Below, piece by piece: positions 31,798 through 41,160 of a stretch of DNA of 64,000 nt. Source of the stretch: Candidatus Dormiibacterota bacterium (GTDB lineage: Bacteria; Chloroflexota; Dormibacteria; Aeolococcales; Bog-877); contig DATLQZ010000067.1 of NCBI GenBank assembly GCA_035534915.1, positions 34,264 through 98,263 on the forward strand, read 5' to 3'. Positions within the stretch are counted from its first letter, which is position 1; each line of letters opens with the position of its first letter. The notes beneath the pieces are model-generated. The model was given only the letters and a program-made list of their open reading frames with translations, ran no database searches and was not told where the DNA came from. The position numbers and the translations under genes were made by a program.

Positions 31798-32879
31798 GCG
31801 GACACCAGACTGGCGAGTCTCTCGATGACGGCAGCCGTTACCGTCTCTGTGCCGACCACCCCCCCCATGTCCGGCGTTAGCGGCCCGTTGGCGATCACGC
31901 TACCGACGGCCTTCTCGACCGCACCGGCGAGATCCTCGCGGCGCAGGGTCAGTCGCAGCAACATCGCAACCGTCGCGATCGCCCCCAACGGGTTGGCAAC
32001 CCCTCGGCCCGCGATGTCGGGAGCTGATCCGTGCACCGGCTCGTAGAGCCATGGCCCCTCGCCGCCACCGCTGGCCGACGGCAGCACTCCCAGGGTCCCC
32101 ACTAGAGCCGCCGCCTCGTCGGTCAGGATGTCCCCCATCAGGTTCTCGGTGACGACCACATCGAACTGACGAGGATCGAGTAGTAGCCTGAGCGCGAAGC
32201 TGTCGACCAGGCAGTGCTCCAGTTCCACATCAGGGTACTCGCGCCCCACCTCCGTCAGCACGTCCCGCCAGAGGGCGGATGTGGCCAGGACATTGGCCTT
32301 GTCGACGGAGCTGAGATGCCGCCGACGTTGCCTCGCCAGCCCGAATGCAACATGCGCGACTCGACGGATCTCCGTCTCCCCGTACTCAATCGTGTCCACT
32401 CCCCTCCGGCGCGGCGCAGTTCCGCCCACTCCGCGCGGGCGGCCGAAGTACGCTCCGCCGGTCAGCTCTCTCACGAAGAGGAGGTCCGTGTCCAGTAAGC
32501 GGTCGTCTCGCAGCGGGCTGTGGCGCTCTCCACCGGGCCAGACCTTGACCGGACGCAGGTTCGCGAAGACTCCAAGGCCGCTTCTCAGCCCCAGCAGGCC
32601 GGCCTCCGGGCGCACTTCGGCGGTGTCCCACCGGGGGCCCCCGACAGCGCCCAACAAAACCGCGTCGGCCGCCCTGGCCGCATCGAGGCTCGCCTTCGGC
32701 AGGGGGTCCTGACCTTGGTCTAGAGCGGCTCCACCGATGGCATGCTCCGCCACCTCTAGCGCGACCCCGGAGTCGACCAGCGCCCGCTCCAGAACCCGTA
32801 ACGCAGCCGAAGTCACCTCCGGGCCCACTCCATCTCCCGGTAGGGTGACCAGCCTAATAGTCTTGGCAGCGGCGCTCAT
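31794..32879 (-). CDS. leuB: 3-isopropylmalate dehydrogenase
   Basis: IRLVTLPGDGVGPEV...NLMGDILTDEAAALVGTLG is the IPMDH signature. Confidence 0.9.
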   Translation of the reverse strand: MSAAAKTIRLVTLPGDGVGPEVTSAALRVLERALVDSGVALEVAEHAIGGAALDQGQDPLPKASLDAARAADAVLLGAVGGPRWDTAEVRPEAGLLGLRSGLGVFANLRPVKVWPGGERHSPLRDDRLLDTDLLFVRELTGGAYFGRPRGVGGTAPRRRGVDTIEYGETEIRRVAHVAFGLARQRRRHLSSVDKANVLATSALWRDVLTEVGREYPDVELEHCLVDSFALRLLLDPRQFDVVVTENLMGDILTDEAAALVGTLGVLPSASGGGEGPWLYEPVHGSAPDIAGRGVANPLGAIATVAMLLRLTLRREDLAGAVEKAVGSVIANGPLTPDMGGVVGTETVTAAVIERLASLVSA

Positions 32880-34117
32880 GTGGCCACGGAACCCAGCGGC
32901 GGCTGGTGCAACGTGAGCTCGCCAACTATGCGCATGAGCGCCTCGTCCTCAACCTCCTTGGTGGAGTCCGCGACCTCCAGGAACCGTTGCCACAGAGCTG
33001 GCATCTGACCATCGGGGACTTGGATCCCGATCCGATCCAGCCGATGGACCAGGGCGTGGCGTCCGGAGCGTGCAGTCAAGACGATCTGGGTCTCCCCAGC
33101 GCCCACGTCCTCCGCCGACATGATCTCGTAGGTGGAGCGCTCGCGCAGCACCCCGTGCTGGTGGACCCCCGAGGCATGAGCGAAGGCGTTGGTGCCCACC
33201 ACCGGCTTGTTGGGCGGCACCACCATCCCGGTCAGCGCCGAGACCATTCGGCTGGTGGGCCCCAGCTCGGTGGCGCGGAGATTGTCTCGGAGGTGCAAGG
33301 TGGGTCGACGGACCCGCAGGGCCATCACTACCTCCTCGATGGCCGCGTTGCCGGCACGCTCTCCGATTCCGTTGATACATCCCTCCACCCTGCGGGCGCC
33401 GGCGGCGATGCCCGCCAGCGAGTTGGCGGTGGCCAGGCCCAGGTCGTCGTGGCAGTGAACACTCACCAGTACCTTGTCCATTCCCGAAACTTCCCGGCGG
33501 ATCGTGGCGACGATCTCGGCCATCTCCGAGGGCAGACAGTACCCGGTGGTGTCCGGGAGGTTGATCACGGAAGCGCCGGCCTGGACGGCCACCTCGACCA
33601 CGGAACAGAGGTAGTCGAGGTCCGCACGGCCCGCGTCCTCCGGGGAGAACTGAACCCACGGACAGCGCTCTCGGGCGTAGGCCACCGACTCCGCAGTCCG
33701 GGCGAGGACGGTGGCTCGGTCAAGTCCCAGCTTCTTGATGATGTGGACGTCGGACACGCCGATGAAGACATGGATCAGTGGCCTCTGAGCGTCGCGGACT
33801 GCCTCAAAGACGGCGTCGATGTCCCCGCGGTGGGCGCGGGCGAGTCCCGTCACCGATGGTCCTTCCACCTCCCGGGCTATCTGCTGGACTGCCTCGAAGT
33901 CCCCAGGGGAGGAGGCGGGGAAACCCGCCTCGATCACATCCACGCCGAGCTTGGCGAGCTGGTGCGCAATCTCCAGCTTGTCCGAGGGGTGAAGAGTCGC
34001 TCCCGGTGACTGCTCACCGTCGCGCAGAGTGGTGTCGAAGAACTCCACCAGCTCCCCGGATGTCTCGAGCGCCGGGGTTTGTGCCTCGTCGGAGGCTGGC
34101 CGACCGTCAGCGGTCAT
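32876..34117 (-). CDS. 2-isopropylmalate synthase-family catalytic protein, short form without a regulatory domain
   Basis: [11 protein letters not shown] and [14 protein letters not shown] motifs. 413 aa with no LeuA-dimer domain. Confidence 0.8.
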   Translation of the reverse strand: MTADGRPASDEAQTPALETSGELVEFFDTTLRDGEQSPGATLHPSDKLEIAHQLAKLGVDVIEAGFPASSPGDFEAVQQIAREVEGPSVTGLARAHRGDIDAVFEAVRDAQRPLIHVFIGVSDVHIIKKLGLDRATVLARTAESVAYARERCPWVQFSPEDAGRADLDYLCSVVEVAVQAGASVINLPDTTGYCLPSEMAEIVATIRREVSGMDKVLVSVHCHDDLGLATANSLAGIAAGARRVEGCINGIGERAGNAAIEEVVMALRVRRPTLHLRDNLRATELGPTSRMVSALTGMVVPPNKPVVGTNAFAHASGVHQHGVLRERSTYEIMSAEDVGAGETQIVLTARSGRHALVHRLDRIGIQVPDGQMPALWQRFLEVADSTKEVEDEALMRIVGELTLHQPPLGSVAT

Positions 34118-35196
34118 GAGGCTACCTCCGATACCGGGCGTACCGAGTCTTCAGCGGCAGCTGCCTGCTGACCGGGATCGGCGCTCGCTGCCTTGGGGAC
34201 CGCTGCCACCGGGTGAATCCAGGACATCTGCGCTCGGAGCCGCTGGCCCACCTCCTCGATTGGATGGGTCCGAGCCGTCTCGCGCTGCGCGAGGAACCCT
34301 TTCCGGCCGGAGCGGTTCTCGTCGATCCAGTGCTCGGCGAAGCTGCCGTCTTGGATGCGGCCGAGGATCCCCCGCATCTGCTCTTTGACGTGCTCGTCGA
34401 TGACCACCGGCCCACTGGTGTAGTCCCCGTACTCAGCGGTGTCGCTGACGCTGTACCTCATGAGGGACAACCCTCCTTGATAGATGAGGTCGACGATGAG
34501 CTTCAGCTCGTGGAGACATTCGAAGTAGGCGAGCTCGGGCTGATACCCCGCCTGCGTGAGCGTCTCGAAAGCCGCAGTTATCAGGGCGGCCACCCCCCCA
34601 CAGAGCACCGCCTGCTCGCCAAACAGATCGGTCTCTGTCTCCTCTCGGAATGTGGTTTCCAGGACGCCAGCCTTGGTGCTGCCCAGTCCCCGGGCGTACG
34701 CCAGGGACCTCTCCCGAGCGTGCCCGGTCGAATCCTGCTGAATCGCGAGCAGCGCTGGGCAGCCGATCTCGTCTCTGAAGCAGCTCCGCACCATGTGCCC
34801 CGGGGCTTTGGGGGCGACCATCGCCACGTCGCACCCCCGAGGAGGGAACACGGTGCCATAGTGGATGGAGAAGCCGTGGGCGAAGAGAAGGAGGCAGCCG
34901 GGCTTGAGCGCCTCCGTGAGGCCGGAGGCGAATAGTGCGGCCTGGTCATGGTCCGGGATGAGCACCATGACCACATCCGCATCCTGGACGGCGGCAACCG
35001 GGTCCAGGACCTCAAAGCCGTCGGCCATGGCCTGGGTACGGCTCGCGCTGCCGGGCCTCAAGCCCACCCGCACGGGGTATCCGCTGTCGCGTAGGTTCTG
35101 CGCATGCGCGTGGCCCTGACTGCCATAGCCGAGGATGGTGATCTTGGCGCCGGCCAGCGCTGCGGGGTCCGCGTCGGAGTCGTAGTAGATCTTCAT
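34114..35196 (-). CDS. ilvC: ketol-acid reductoisomerase
   Basis: [10 protein letters not shown]...[19 protein letters not shown] is the class I KARI signature. Confidence 0.9.
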   Translation of the reverse strand: MKIYYDSDADPAALAGAKITILGYGSQGHAHAQNLRDSGYPVRVGLRPGSASRTQAMADGFEVLDPVAAVQDADVVMVLIPDHDQAALFASGLTEALKPGCLLLFAHGFSIHYGTVFPPRGCDVAMVAPKAPGHMVRSCFRDEIGCPALLAIQQDSTGHARERSLAYARGLGSTKAGVLETTFREETETDLFGEQAVLCGGVAALITAAFETLTQAGYQPELAYFECLHELKLIVDLIYQGGLSLMRYSVSDTAEYGDYTSGPVVIDEHVKEQMRGILGRIQDGSFAEHWIDENRSGRKGFLAQRETARTHPIEEVGQRLRAQMSWIHPVAAVPKAASADPGQQAAAAEDSVRPVSEVAS

Positions 35197-35201
35197 TGAT
35201 G

Positions 35202-35807
35202 TCATCTCCACTCTCGGGGCGTGTTGCTGCTTTGGTCCGCGGACAAAGGGTCACCCGACCCGAGTCCGATCGGTCGGCTGAGAATCCAGTCGACCAGAGG
35301 AAGTTGGCGAAGGCGCTCCAACGCTGCCTCCACCACTTCGGGGGTGCCCGAGAGCGCAGCCAAAAGCGACCGCTCGTCACGGCGGACGACCTCTGCATTG
35401 CAGCTCTCGAGGAGTTCCGCGGTGGCGGGGTCATCCGCCTCCGCTGGAATCTCCACCAGCGCGGTCACCCACTCCAAAGGGTGCGAGCCGGTCAGATCCT
35501 CCACGCTGACAACGTCGATGAGCTTGGCCAGCTGTTTGGCCACCTGATCTGCAGGTTGCGAGCCGTGCTCGACCTGCAGCCAGAGAGAAAGCGTTCCGGG
35601 GTCCGCGTTCTGGCCCACGGAGCAGCTGAGCAGTCGCAGCCCTCGCCTTCCCAAGCAGTTGGTGACCCGTTGCAGCACACCGGAGCGGTCCTCGACCCGG
35701 ACCCGCACCAGGCGTATGAAGGGGTCCCGGAGCGCCCGCGTGACATCGCGACTGTCGGAGCTGTCGGACCTGAAGGCCGTATCTCGGGAAGCCGCGGTCA
35801 TGGGCAC
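35202..35807 (-). CDS. ilvN: acetolactate synthase small (regulatory) subunit
   Basis: The ACT domain ([28 protein letters not shown]) fits the small subunit, and the gene sits between ilvB and ilvC. The start is uncertain. Confidence 0.8.
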   Translation of the reverse strand: MPMTAASRDTAFRSDSSDSRDVTRALRDPFIRLVRVRVEDRSGVLQRVTNCLGRRGLRLLSCSVGQNADPGTLSLWLQVEHGSQPADQVAKQLAKLIDVVSVEDLTGSHPLEWVTALVEIPAEADDPATAELLESCNAEVVRRDERSLLAALSGTPEVVEAALERLRQLPLVDWILSRPIGLGSGDPLSADQSSNTPREWR

Positions 35808-37525
35808 TCCACGAAGTCGGCCAGTCCCTTGCCGAAGGGCACGATGGGGTAGATGTTGGCCTCAGGGTCAATCCGGCAGTCCACCAAGGCGGGCCCGGGG
35901 TAGTTGACCGCCTCCTGCAGCGCGTCCTCTACCTCAGCAAGTGTCCGGGCGACTCGACCGAAGCAGCCGAAGGCACGGGCCAGCAGTTCGAAGTCGGGGA
36001 TCACCGTGTGGTCCACCTGCGAGCGAACGCCGCCGTAGAAGTCGTCCTGGAACTGCCGCACCATACCCAGCTGGCCGTTGTTCAAGATCACCACCTTGAC
36101 GGGCAGCTCCGCCTCGATGGCGGTTGCCAGCTCTTGAAAGGTCATCACAAACCCGCCCTCGCCGCAGATGGCGAAGACCCTCTGTTCAGGGCGGGCTGCC
36201 TGGGCTCCAAGAGCCGCCGGTAGGGCGAACCCCATCGTCCCAGCCCCACCAGAATTGAGGAAGAGCCCAGGCGAATCCCCTGTCCACGAGGTGGCCGCCC
36301 ACATCTGGTTCAAACCCACATCGGCCACCACCACGTCATCCGCCCTGCGATGGCGGTAGCAGGCTGCCAGAACCTCCTGGGGTTGCAGCAGCCCGTTATG
36401 GGGGTGGCGAAGTGGATGTCGACGCCGCCACCCGCTGACCGCGGCCCTCCATTCGGGTCTAGCCGTCGGCGGCGTCTGCTCGAGCAGAGCTTCCATCACC
36501 TCGCGGGCGTCGCCGGCTATCTGACAGTCGGCCGCGACCGTCTTGCCGAGCTCGGCGGGGTCGATGTTGACATGGATGATGTGCTCCGCTTCGGGCGCGA
36601 AGAGGTCCATTCGGCAGGTGACTCGGTCGTCCGCTCGCATTCCCACCATCACCAAACAGTCGCAGTTGCTGACGGCCTTGTTGCAGTAGCCGGTCCCCAT
36701 GAACCCCACCAGCCCAAGCGAGAGGGGATGGGTCGTGGGGAAGACCCCGGTCCCCAGGAGGGTGGTACCCACGGGGGCGTCACAGGCCTCTGCGAGCTGG
36801 ACCAGAGCGGCCTCAGCCCCTGAGATCGCCACTCCTCTCCCGGCCAGGATCATCGGTCGCTGCGCTCTGGCGAGGTGCCCTGCTGCCTCGGCCAGAAGTC
36901 TCGAATCGGGAAAGGCAGGAGCACGATGGGGACGAAGGCGAGCGATCTTGGACTCTGACCCATCCACCATCTGCTGCTGCACGTCCTTGGGAATGTCAAT
37001 CAGAACCGCTCCCGGGCGGCCCGTCCGGGCGACGTGGAACGCCTCCCTGACGACTGCCGGCAGATCCCTGGCATCATGGACCTGATAGCTGTGCTTGGTG
37101 ACGGACAGGGTCGAGCCGATCACGTCCGATTCCTGGAACGCATCGGTTCCAATCGTGGCGGTCGCCACCTGACCGGTTATCGCGACCACCGGCACGGAGT
37201 CGAAGTGGGCGGTCGCAAGCCCCGTGATCAGGTTCAGTGCTCCCGGACCGGAGGTCGCCAGGCAGACCCCAACCCTGCCCGAGGTGCGGGCATAGCCATC
37301 CGCCATGTGGGCTGCGCCCTGCTCGTGGCGCACCAGGACGTGGCGGATGGGGGAGTTGGGGAGGTGTTGGTAGATGGGTAGATTCGCTCCCCCCGGCAGG
37401 CCAAAGATCACCTCGACGCCTTCGCGTGCGAGCGATTCGAGCAGGATCTCAGCTCCGCAGAGGGGTGCTGCTACGGTCTGCTCTTCTTGGTCGTCGTAGC
37501 CGAGGTCGGCCAGGGATGCACTCAT
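35798..37525 (-). CDS. ilvB: acetolactate synthase large subunit
   Basis: TPP-dependent enzyme with FGLPGGANLPIY and the GDG...N TPP-binding motif. Confidence 0.9.
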   Translation of the reverse strand: MSASLADLGYDDQEEQTVAAPLCGAEILLESLAREGVEVIFGLPGGANLPIYQHLPNSPIRHVLVRHEQGAAHMADGYARTSGRVGVCLATSGPGALNLITGLATAHFDSVPVVAITGQVATATIGTDAFQESDVIGSTLSVTKHSYQVHDARDLPAVVREAFHVARTGRPGAVLIDIPKDVQQQMVDGSESKIARLRPHRAPAFPDSRLLAEAAGHLARAQRPMILAGRGVAISGAEAALVQLAEACDAPVGTTLLGTGVFPTTHPLSLGLVGFMGTGYCNKAVSNCDCLVMVGMRADDRVTCRMDLFAPEAEHIIHVNIDPAELGKTVAADCQIAGDAREVMEALLEQTPPTARPEWRAAVSGWRRRHPLRHPHNGLLQPQEVLAACYRHRRADDVVVADVGLNQMWAATSWTGDSPGLFLNSGGAGTMGFALPAALGAQAARPEQRVFAICGEGGFVMTFQELATAIEAELPVKVVILNNGQLGMVRQFQDDFYGGVRSQVDHTVIPDFELLARAFGCFGRVARTLAEVEDALQEAVNYPGPALVDCRIDPEANIYPIVPFGKGLADFVECP

Positions 37526-37534
37526 GGTCTGCTA

Positions 37535-37729
37535 TCAGTCCGCGCCGTAGGCGCGGCCGATCGCGGAGGTGATGGCGGCATCGGCTGCGATCTGGCGCAT
37601 CGGGCGAGGGGCGGCCGTCGCCGTGTGTTGCCGCACCCAGTTCCGGGCTGCCTCGTCGAGTTCGATATCGGTCGGGTAGCGGCCGGAGGCGCTGGCGTCA
37701 AAGGAGTCGGGCCTCATCGCGTCGGACAT
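37535..37729 (-). CDS. small ORF (64 aa) ending 9 nt upstream of the ilvB start; hypothetical small protein
   Basis: A strong SD (AGGAGACCCAAG) precedes the ATG. GC3 is very high (about 85%), which matches the coding bias of neighbouring genes. ilvB itself has no obvious SD, which suggests translational coupling. Confidence 0.35.
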   Translation of the reverse strand: MSDAMRPDSFDASASGRYPTDIELDEAARNWVRQHTATAAPRPMRQIAADAAITSAIGRAYGAD

Positions 37730-37794
37730 CTTGGGTCTCCTACTTCTTCTGGTTATCCAGGTGGTCGATGGATTGGACGATTTGTTTGCGGCTA

Positions 37795-37825
37795 CAAAAA
37801 AAGCCCCCCGGGGTTACCCGGGGGG
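37795..37825 (-). terminator. intrinsic terminator on the minus strand: GCCCCCCGGG-uaac-CCCGGGGGGC followed by a U7 run
   Basis: Perfect 10-bp GC stem and a 7-nt U tract (plus-strand A7 at 37795-37801). It lies upstream of ilvB, so it is a candidate attenuator terminator. Confidence 0.65.
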
Positions 37826-37945
37826 CTTGCAGCTTCGTCAATGCGCAGACGTTAGCTGACCAGCCCTCCTGTAATTAGGACTACTAGAGCCAGGTGGCTG
37901 TCGGCGGCCAGCAAGTCACGGATCTGCGAAGTCAAGATGGCTCGT

Positions 37946-37974
37946 ATTTATACCAGCCCACCACCGCGGTGTCA
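37946..37974 (-). promoter_or_regulatory. near-consensus sigma-70/SigA-type promoter (TTGACA-N17-TATAAA) directing transcription towards ilvB
   Basis: On the minus strand the sequence reads TTGACAccgcggtggtgggctggTATAAAtacga. This is an exact -35 and a 5/6 -10 with a 17-nt spacer, in a locally AT-richer stretch. Confidence 0.45.
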
Positions 37975-38274
37975 AGTTCGCGGGCCGTCGCTGTTGTAGT
38001 TCAGCGATTCTGACCGCACTTAACAGTTCAGGGACTTTGTCGCTGGGATAGTGGAAAGGGCTTACGCCAGGGGTGATTTCGGGACGGTCTTTGGTCTCCG
38101 CGGGTACATGGCCGGCTACTACTGTGGGGACCCTCAGACGAAAGCCGGGCGAAAAGGACCAATGCGGATAAGCCACCCCACGCTGGCGGGGCCCTGTGCA
38201 TCTAAACTGGGTGGTGGGGCTAAGGCGCCGGCCCGCACCATCTGCGGGCGTGTCCAGCGTGTCGCTGAGGTCCC

Positions 38275-38820
38275 CTAGGGACGACGTCCTGTGAAGCAGA
38301 GGAATCTGGTCTGCGGGTCAGCGCCGGGTGGCGGGTCTACCTCGGGACCGAACCCCCCGGGGACCCGCATCTGCTCGCCCCGTGGCGCTAGGTAGGCGTA
38401 GGCCGCGGCCACCGCCTCAGGGTCCAGCCCCTCGTCCAGACCCGTCGCTCGAGCCAGGTCCCAGGTGTGAACCAGAGTGTCAGCACACAGCAGGGTCGCC
38501 ACCAGCTCCGCGAAACTCATGTGGCCGGCACGCGTCTGTACTTCGACGCCGGACAGCCCAGAGTCGTCCAGAGCGGCGGCGACAAGGTCCGATGCTTGGT
38601 GCCAGGCGGTGGGCGGATCGTCGTGAACGGTTCCTTGCCGAAGCTCGGGACGCACCATGGATGCGACGTTTCGATGCACCAAGGCGGAGTGAGCGACCAC
38701 CGCTCTAGCGCTCCACTCGTCGCATGGGCTGGGGGCATCCCAGCGGTTCTCGGGCACGGCGTCCAAGCGCGAGCGAAAACCAGCGGCTACTCGCGAGTAA
38801 CGGGTGCTTTCCTCAGACAT
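38275..38820 (-). CDS. mycothiol-dependent maleylpyruvate isomerase-like / DinB_2 (TIGR03083-type) family protein
   Basis: N-terminal NRWDAPSPCDEWSARAVVAH motif, typical of this metal-dependent family. Confidence 0.6.
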   Translation of the reverse strand: MSEESTRYSRVAAGFRSRLDAVPENRWDAPSPCDEWSARAVVAHSALVHRNVASMVRPELRQGTVHDDPPTAWHQASDLVAAALDDSGLSGVEVQTRAGHMSFAELVATLLCADTLVHTWDLARATGLDEGLDPEAVAAAYAYLAPRGEQMRVPGGFGPEVDPPPGADPQTRFLCFTGRRP

Positions 38821-38925
38821 CCTCCCAACTTAGGCAGGCAGTCCCCCTTCGGTCAAGCCAGCTCACGGCCGGGTAGTGGGTCAGTTTCAATTGGCCCGGC
38901 CCTCGCGACGCGCTACACTTGCCCC

Positions 38926-39165
38926 ATGCCTAGGCGCTCAAGGAAGCCTGCGGACCTGAACCGGATGGCCGCCGGCATCATGGACGAGGCCACCGACGAG
39001 GACCGCGACCCCTACGAGGGGAAAAACCCCGCCGCCGTGGAGCTGGGCAGGCTGGGGGGCCAGAAGGGCGGGAAGGCCAGGGCGGCCAAGCTCACGCCCG
39101 AGCAGCGGTCGGAGATCGCCAGGAAGGCGGCCGTAGCTAGGTGGGGTAAGAGCGGGGAGCAATAG
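38926..39165 (+). CDS. small basic protein (79 aa) with a GG-KGG-KARA ... TPEQRSEIARKAA-ARW motif; probably leaderless
   Basis: An ATG lies 7 nt downstream of a TACACT -10-like hexamer, and a TTGGCC sits at -35 spacing. No SD is present. The protein is Lys/Arg/Ala rich. Confidence 0.45.
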   Translation: MPRRSRKPADLNRMAAGIMDEATDEDRDPYEGKNPAAVELGRLGGQKGGKARAAKLTPEQRSEIARKAAVARWGKSGEQ

Positions 39166-39225
39166 GCCACTTCCAGCGTCTCTGCAACTCCAAGCGACTC
39201 TAAGCGGGGCGTAGCCGAGGGCCTT

Positions 39226-39290
39226 GGGACCGAAGTCGCCATGAGGGAAGACCGCGGTGGCATGGGCGTTGTGGTGGAAGCCGCGCCCGA
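39226..39290. repeat. left copy of an inverted repeat of about 65 bp (partner at 45601-45665, about 95% identity)
   Basis: gaagtcgccatgagggaagaccgcggtggcatgggcgttgtggtggaagccgcgcccgagtg is matched by the reverse complement of 45601-45665, with 3 mismatches. Confidence 0.75.
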
Positions 39291-39559
39291 GTGGCTCCCG
39301 TCGGGGCCGGTGCCTGAGTGGGGTCGGGTAGGGTTGCGCACTGGTGCCCTGGCCGGGTGTCGAGGTGACAGCGACCTGGGGAGCACCCCCCTGCGGACGC
39401 TGGCCGTTGACCGCGGCTGCCGCGGGCGGGGAGAGGGCCCGGCGTCGCAAGGGCACTGGGTGGGTGTGCGGTTTGGTAGTTGGGCCCAGCCTGGGCCGGC
39501 GGCGCAGGCAGCGCGCCACCTGGGCGTCTTGGGCTTGGCGGATCGCCAGATGCCCGGTC

Positions 39560-40223
39560 CAGGGATCCTGGTGGACAGCTGGCTGGGAGCTGAGGCCCCG
39601 GGACCAGATGCGCTGAGCGGCGGCATGGTCGCGATCCGCGGAGAGCCCGCAATGCGAGCAATGCGCCCAGTGATAGCCACCGCGCAGTCGCTCAGGGGAG
39701 GTGTAGTGGCGCAGCCGACGCCCACACACCGCGGGCAGATGGCTGAGGTCCCCCGGGCAGGGACGGTGACCACCGCGCAGCCGGCCTTGGCGCCGAGGTG
39801 GCGCAGGGCGTCCTGGAACTGGCCGCGCACGGAAGCTGAGATGCGGGCGTTGACCTTGCGGCCCAGGGCCGGCTCCAGGGTGGCCAGCTCCTCCACATAG
39901 ATGACTGTGCCGCCCGAGCAGATCTCCTGGTCTACAGCCCAGCGAGCTGCCGCCCAGGCGATCCCGTGTCCCAGCCGGCGCTGGCGGGCTAAGAGGTCCT
40001 GGTGGTGAGCGCGCAGGAGGGCGAGCTTGGCATCCAGGGGATGGGGTCCCCACTCGCCGCGCAACCTCTCTAGGTGGGAGATCTTCCGGCGTAGGAACTC
40101 GCCCTCCCGGCACAGGCGATTCCACTTGGCGATGGCTCCCCCGGCGTCGAAGCGCAGAGGGAGCCCGTCGGTTAGGCCTCGGCGTCGGCTCTGGTCAACC
40201 ATCTTGGCGAGCGCTCCCACCAA
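39560..40223 (-). pseudogene. tnpB: tnpB (IS605/IS607 OrfB, RuvC-like), N-terminally truncated and frameshifted between the two zinc-finger CxxC motifs
   Basis: GGTVIYVEELATLE (RuvC-II), RGTSAICPRC and, in a second frame, CSHCGLSADRDHAAAQRIWSRGL (second CxxC plus the RuvC-III D). The RuvC-I segment and the N-terminal half are missing. Confidence 0.65.
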
Positions 40224-40273
40224 GGCAGAAGGCGGCGCATGATGCGGTGGCCGTGAGCGCCACAGAGGTGGCG

Positions 40274-40700
40274 CTACCCGGTTGATCTGTCATCTCCTAA
40301 CACCGTCTGCTGAGCTTGGACTAGGAGCCGCCTCCTGGCCTTTTTCGAGCGGATCCCGTACATACGTCCGGCGAAGGTGGCAACCAGGGCCGTGAAGTCC
40401 TCCAGCAGCTCCTGCTGCCCTCCTGCCGACCCCTTGGGGTGGGCCACCTCCAGCAAAACCCCCTCTTGCTCCAACAACGGGAGCAGCCAGGCTGAGCCGA
40501 ACCGGGCCAGGCGATCCTCGTGGGTGACCCGGACCACGCTGATCTCGCCGGCATGGGCCATGGCCAGCACCCGATCCAGCCCGGGGCGGTGCTCGCGCAA
40601 ACCCGAAGCCCTGTCCCGGAACACCCCCACCACCTCACCAGTTGAGCTGGCTCGCAGCTCCTCCTCTTGAGCGGCCAGGGACGACTCCTGACCGGGCCCA
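40274..40700 (-). pseudogene. tnpA: IS607-type tnpA serine recombinase, frameshifted with a degraded catalytic-serine region
   Basis: VVRVTHEDRLARFG...QELLEDFTALVATFAGRMYGIRS matches the IS607 TnpA C-terminus. The N-terminal part lies in another frame (ALFVITNGEDLER), and the RVSS motif is lost. Confidence 0.6.
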
Positions 40701-40858
40701 AGAACCGCTCCAGGTCCTCGCCGTTGGTGATCACGAAAAGTGCAGAGCTCTGCGGCAGGACCGGAGCCCTTAAGAGAAGAAAGAGAAGGGTCCCCTGGCA
40801 GGCTTTGGGTGTTGAGTCCACGCCTGGAGGAGGCCCCCGTGCAGTGTGAGGAAATTGG

Positions 40859-41018
40859 GATGAGTTTGCGAGTCCTGCGAAGTCATGGATGGAGCATCAC
40901 CGCATTAGCCCGGGAGTTCGGGTTGAACTGGCGGACGGTGAAGCGAGAGGTGGAGAGCGAAGAGCCTCGCCACTACCCGGAGCGGGCCAAGGCGACGGCG
41001 CTCACGCCGTCGCCTTGA
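40859..41018 (+). pseudogene. IS21-family istA transposase, 5' fragment only (HTH region)
   Basis: MSLRVLRSHGWSITALAREFGLNWRTVKREVESEEPRHYPER matches the IstA N-terminal HTH. The ORF ends after 52 codons, where low-GC DNA begins. Confidence 0.5.
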
Positions 41019-41160
41019 GCCGCAACAATGCCATGCCCTCGCCTGCTACATATCACCCAGGCTCGCTTAGCAGAATTAGTCACTGCTGCGGAGCCTATTT
41101 ACTTCGGAAGCCGTGGCGATCACCCTTCCGGCTTAGGACTAAGAAGGGGGACCAGTAGTA

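Larger units (their letters stand above)
39226..40830 (-). mobile_element. degenerate IS607-family insertion sequence: tnpA serine-recombinase pseudogene, 5'-truncated and frameshifted tnpB, then the right-end repeat
   Basis: The gene order is tnpA then tnpB on the minus strand. Both genes are disrupted. Confidence 0.6.

Noticed and set aside
37941-37976. Possible T-box core upstream of ilvB (cccaccaccgcggtg)
   Set aside because: The order of the GGUGG and ACCGCGG elements does not match the T-box consensus on either strand. The region is better explained as a -35/-10 promoter.
38467-39165. 232-aa ORF spanning the antisense of the isomerase gene
   Set aside because: Only the last 79 codons (from the ATG at 38926, after a -10-like hexamer) form a plausible gene. 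The upstream part is antisense to a well-supported CDS.
38938-40223. Two long overlapping minus-strand ORFs (395 and 403 aa) that look like proteins in the track
   Set aside because: They are alternate frames of one frameshifted, truncated tnpB plus Pro/Arg/Ala-rich read-through typical of high-GC DNA. They are not intact genes.
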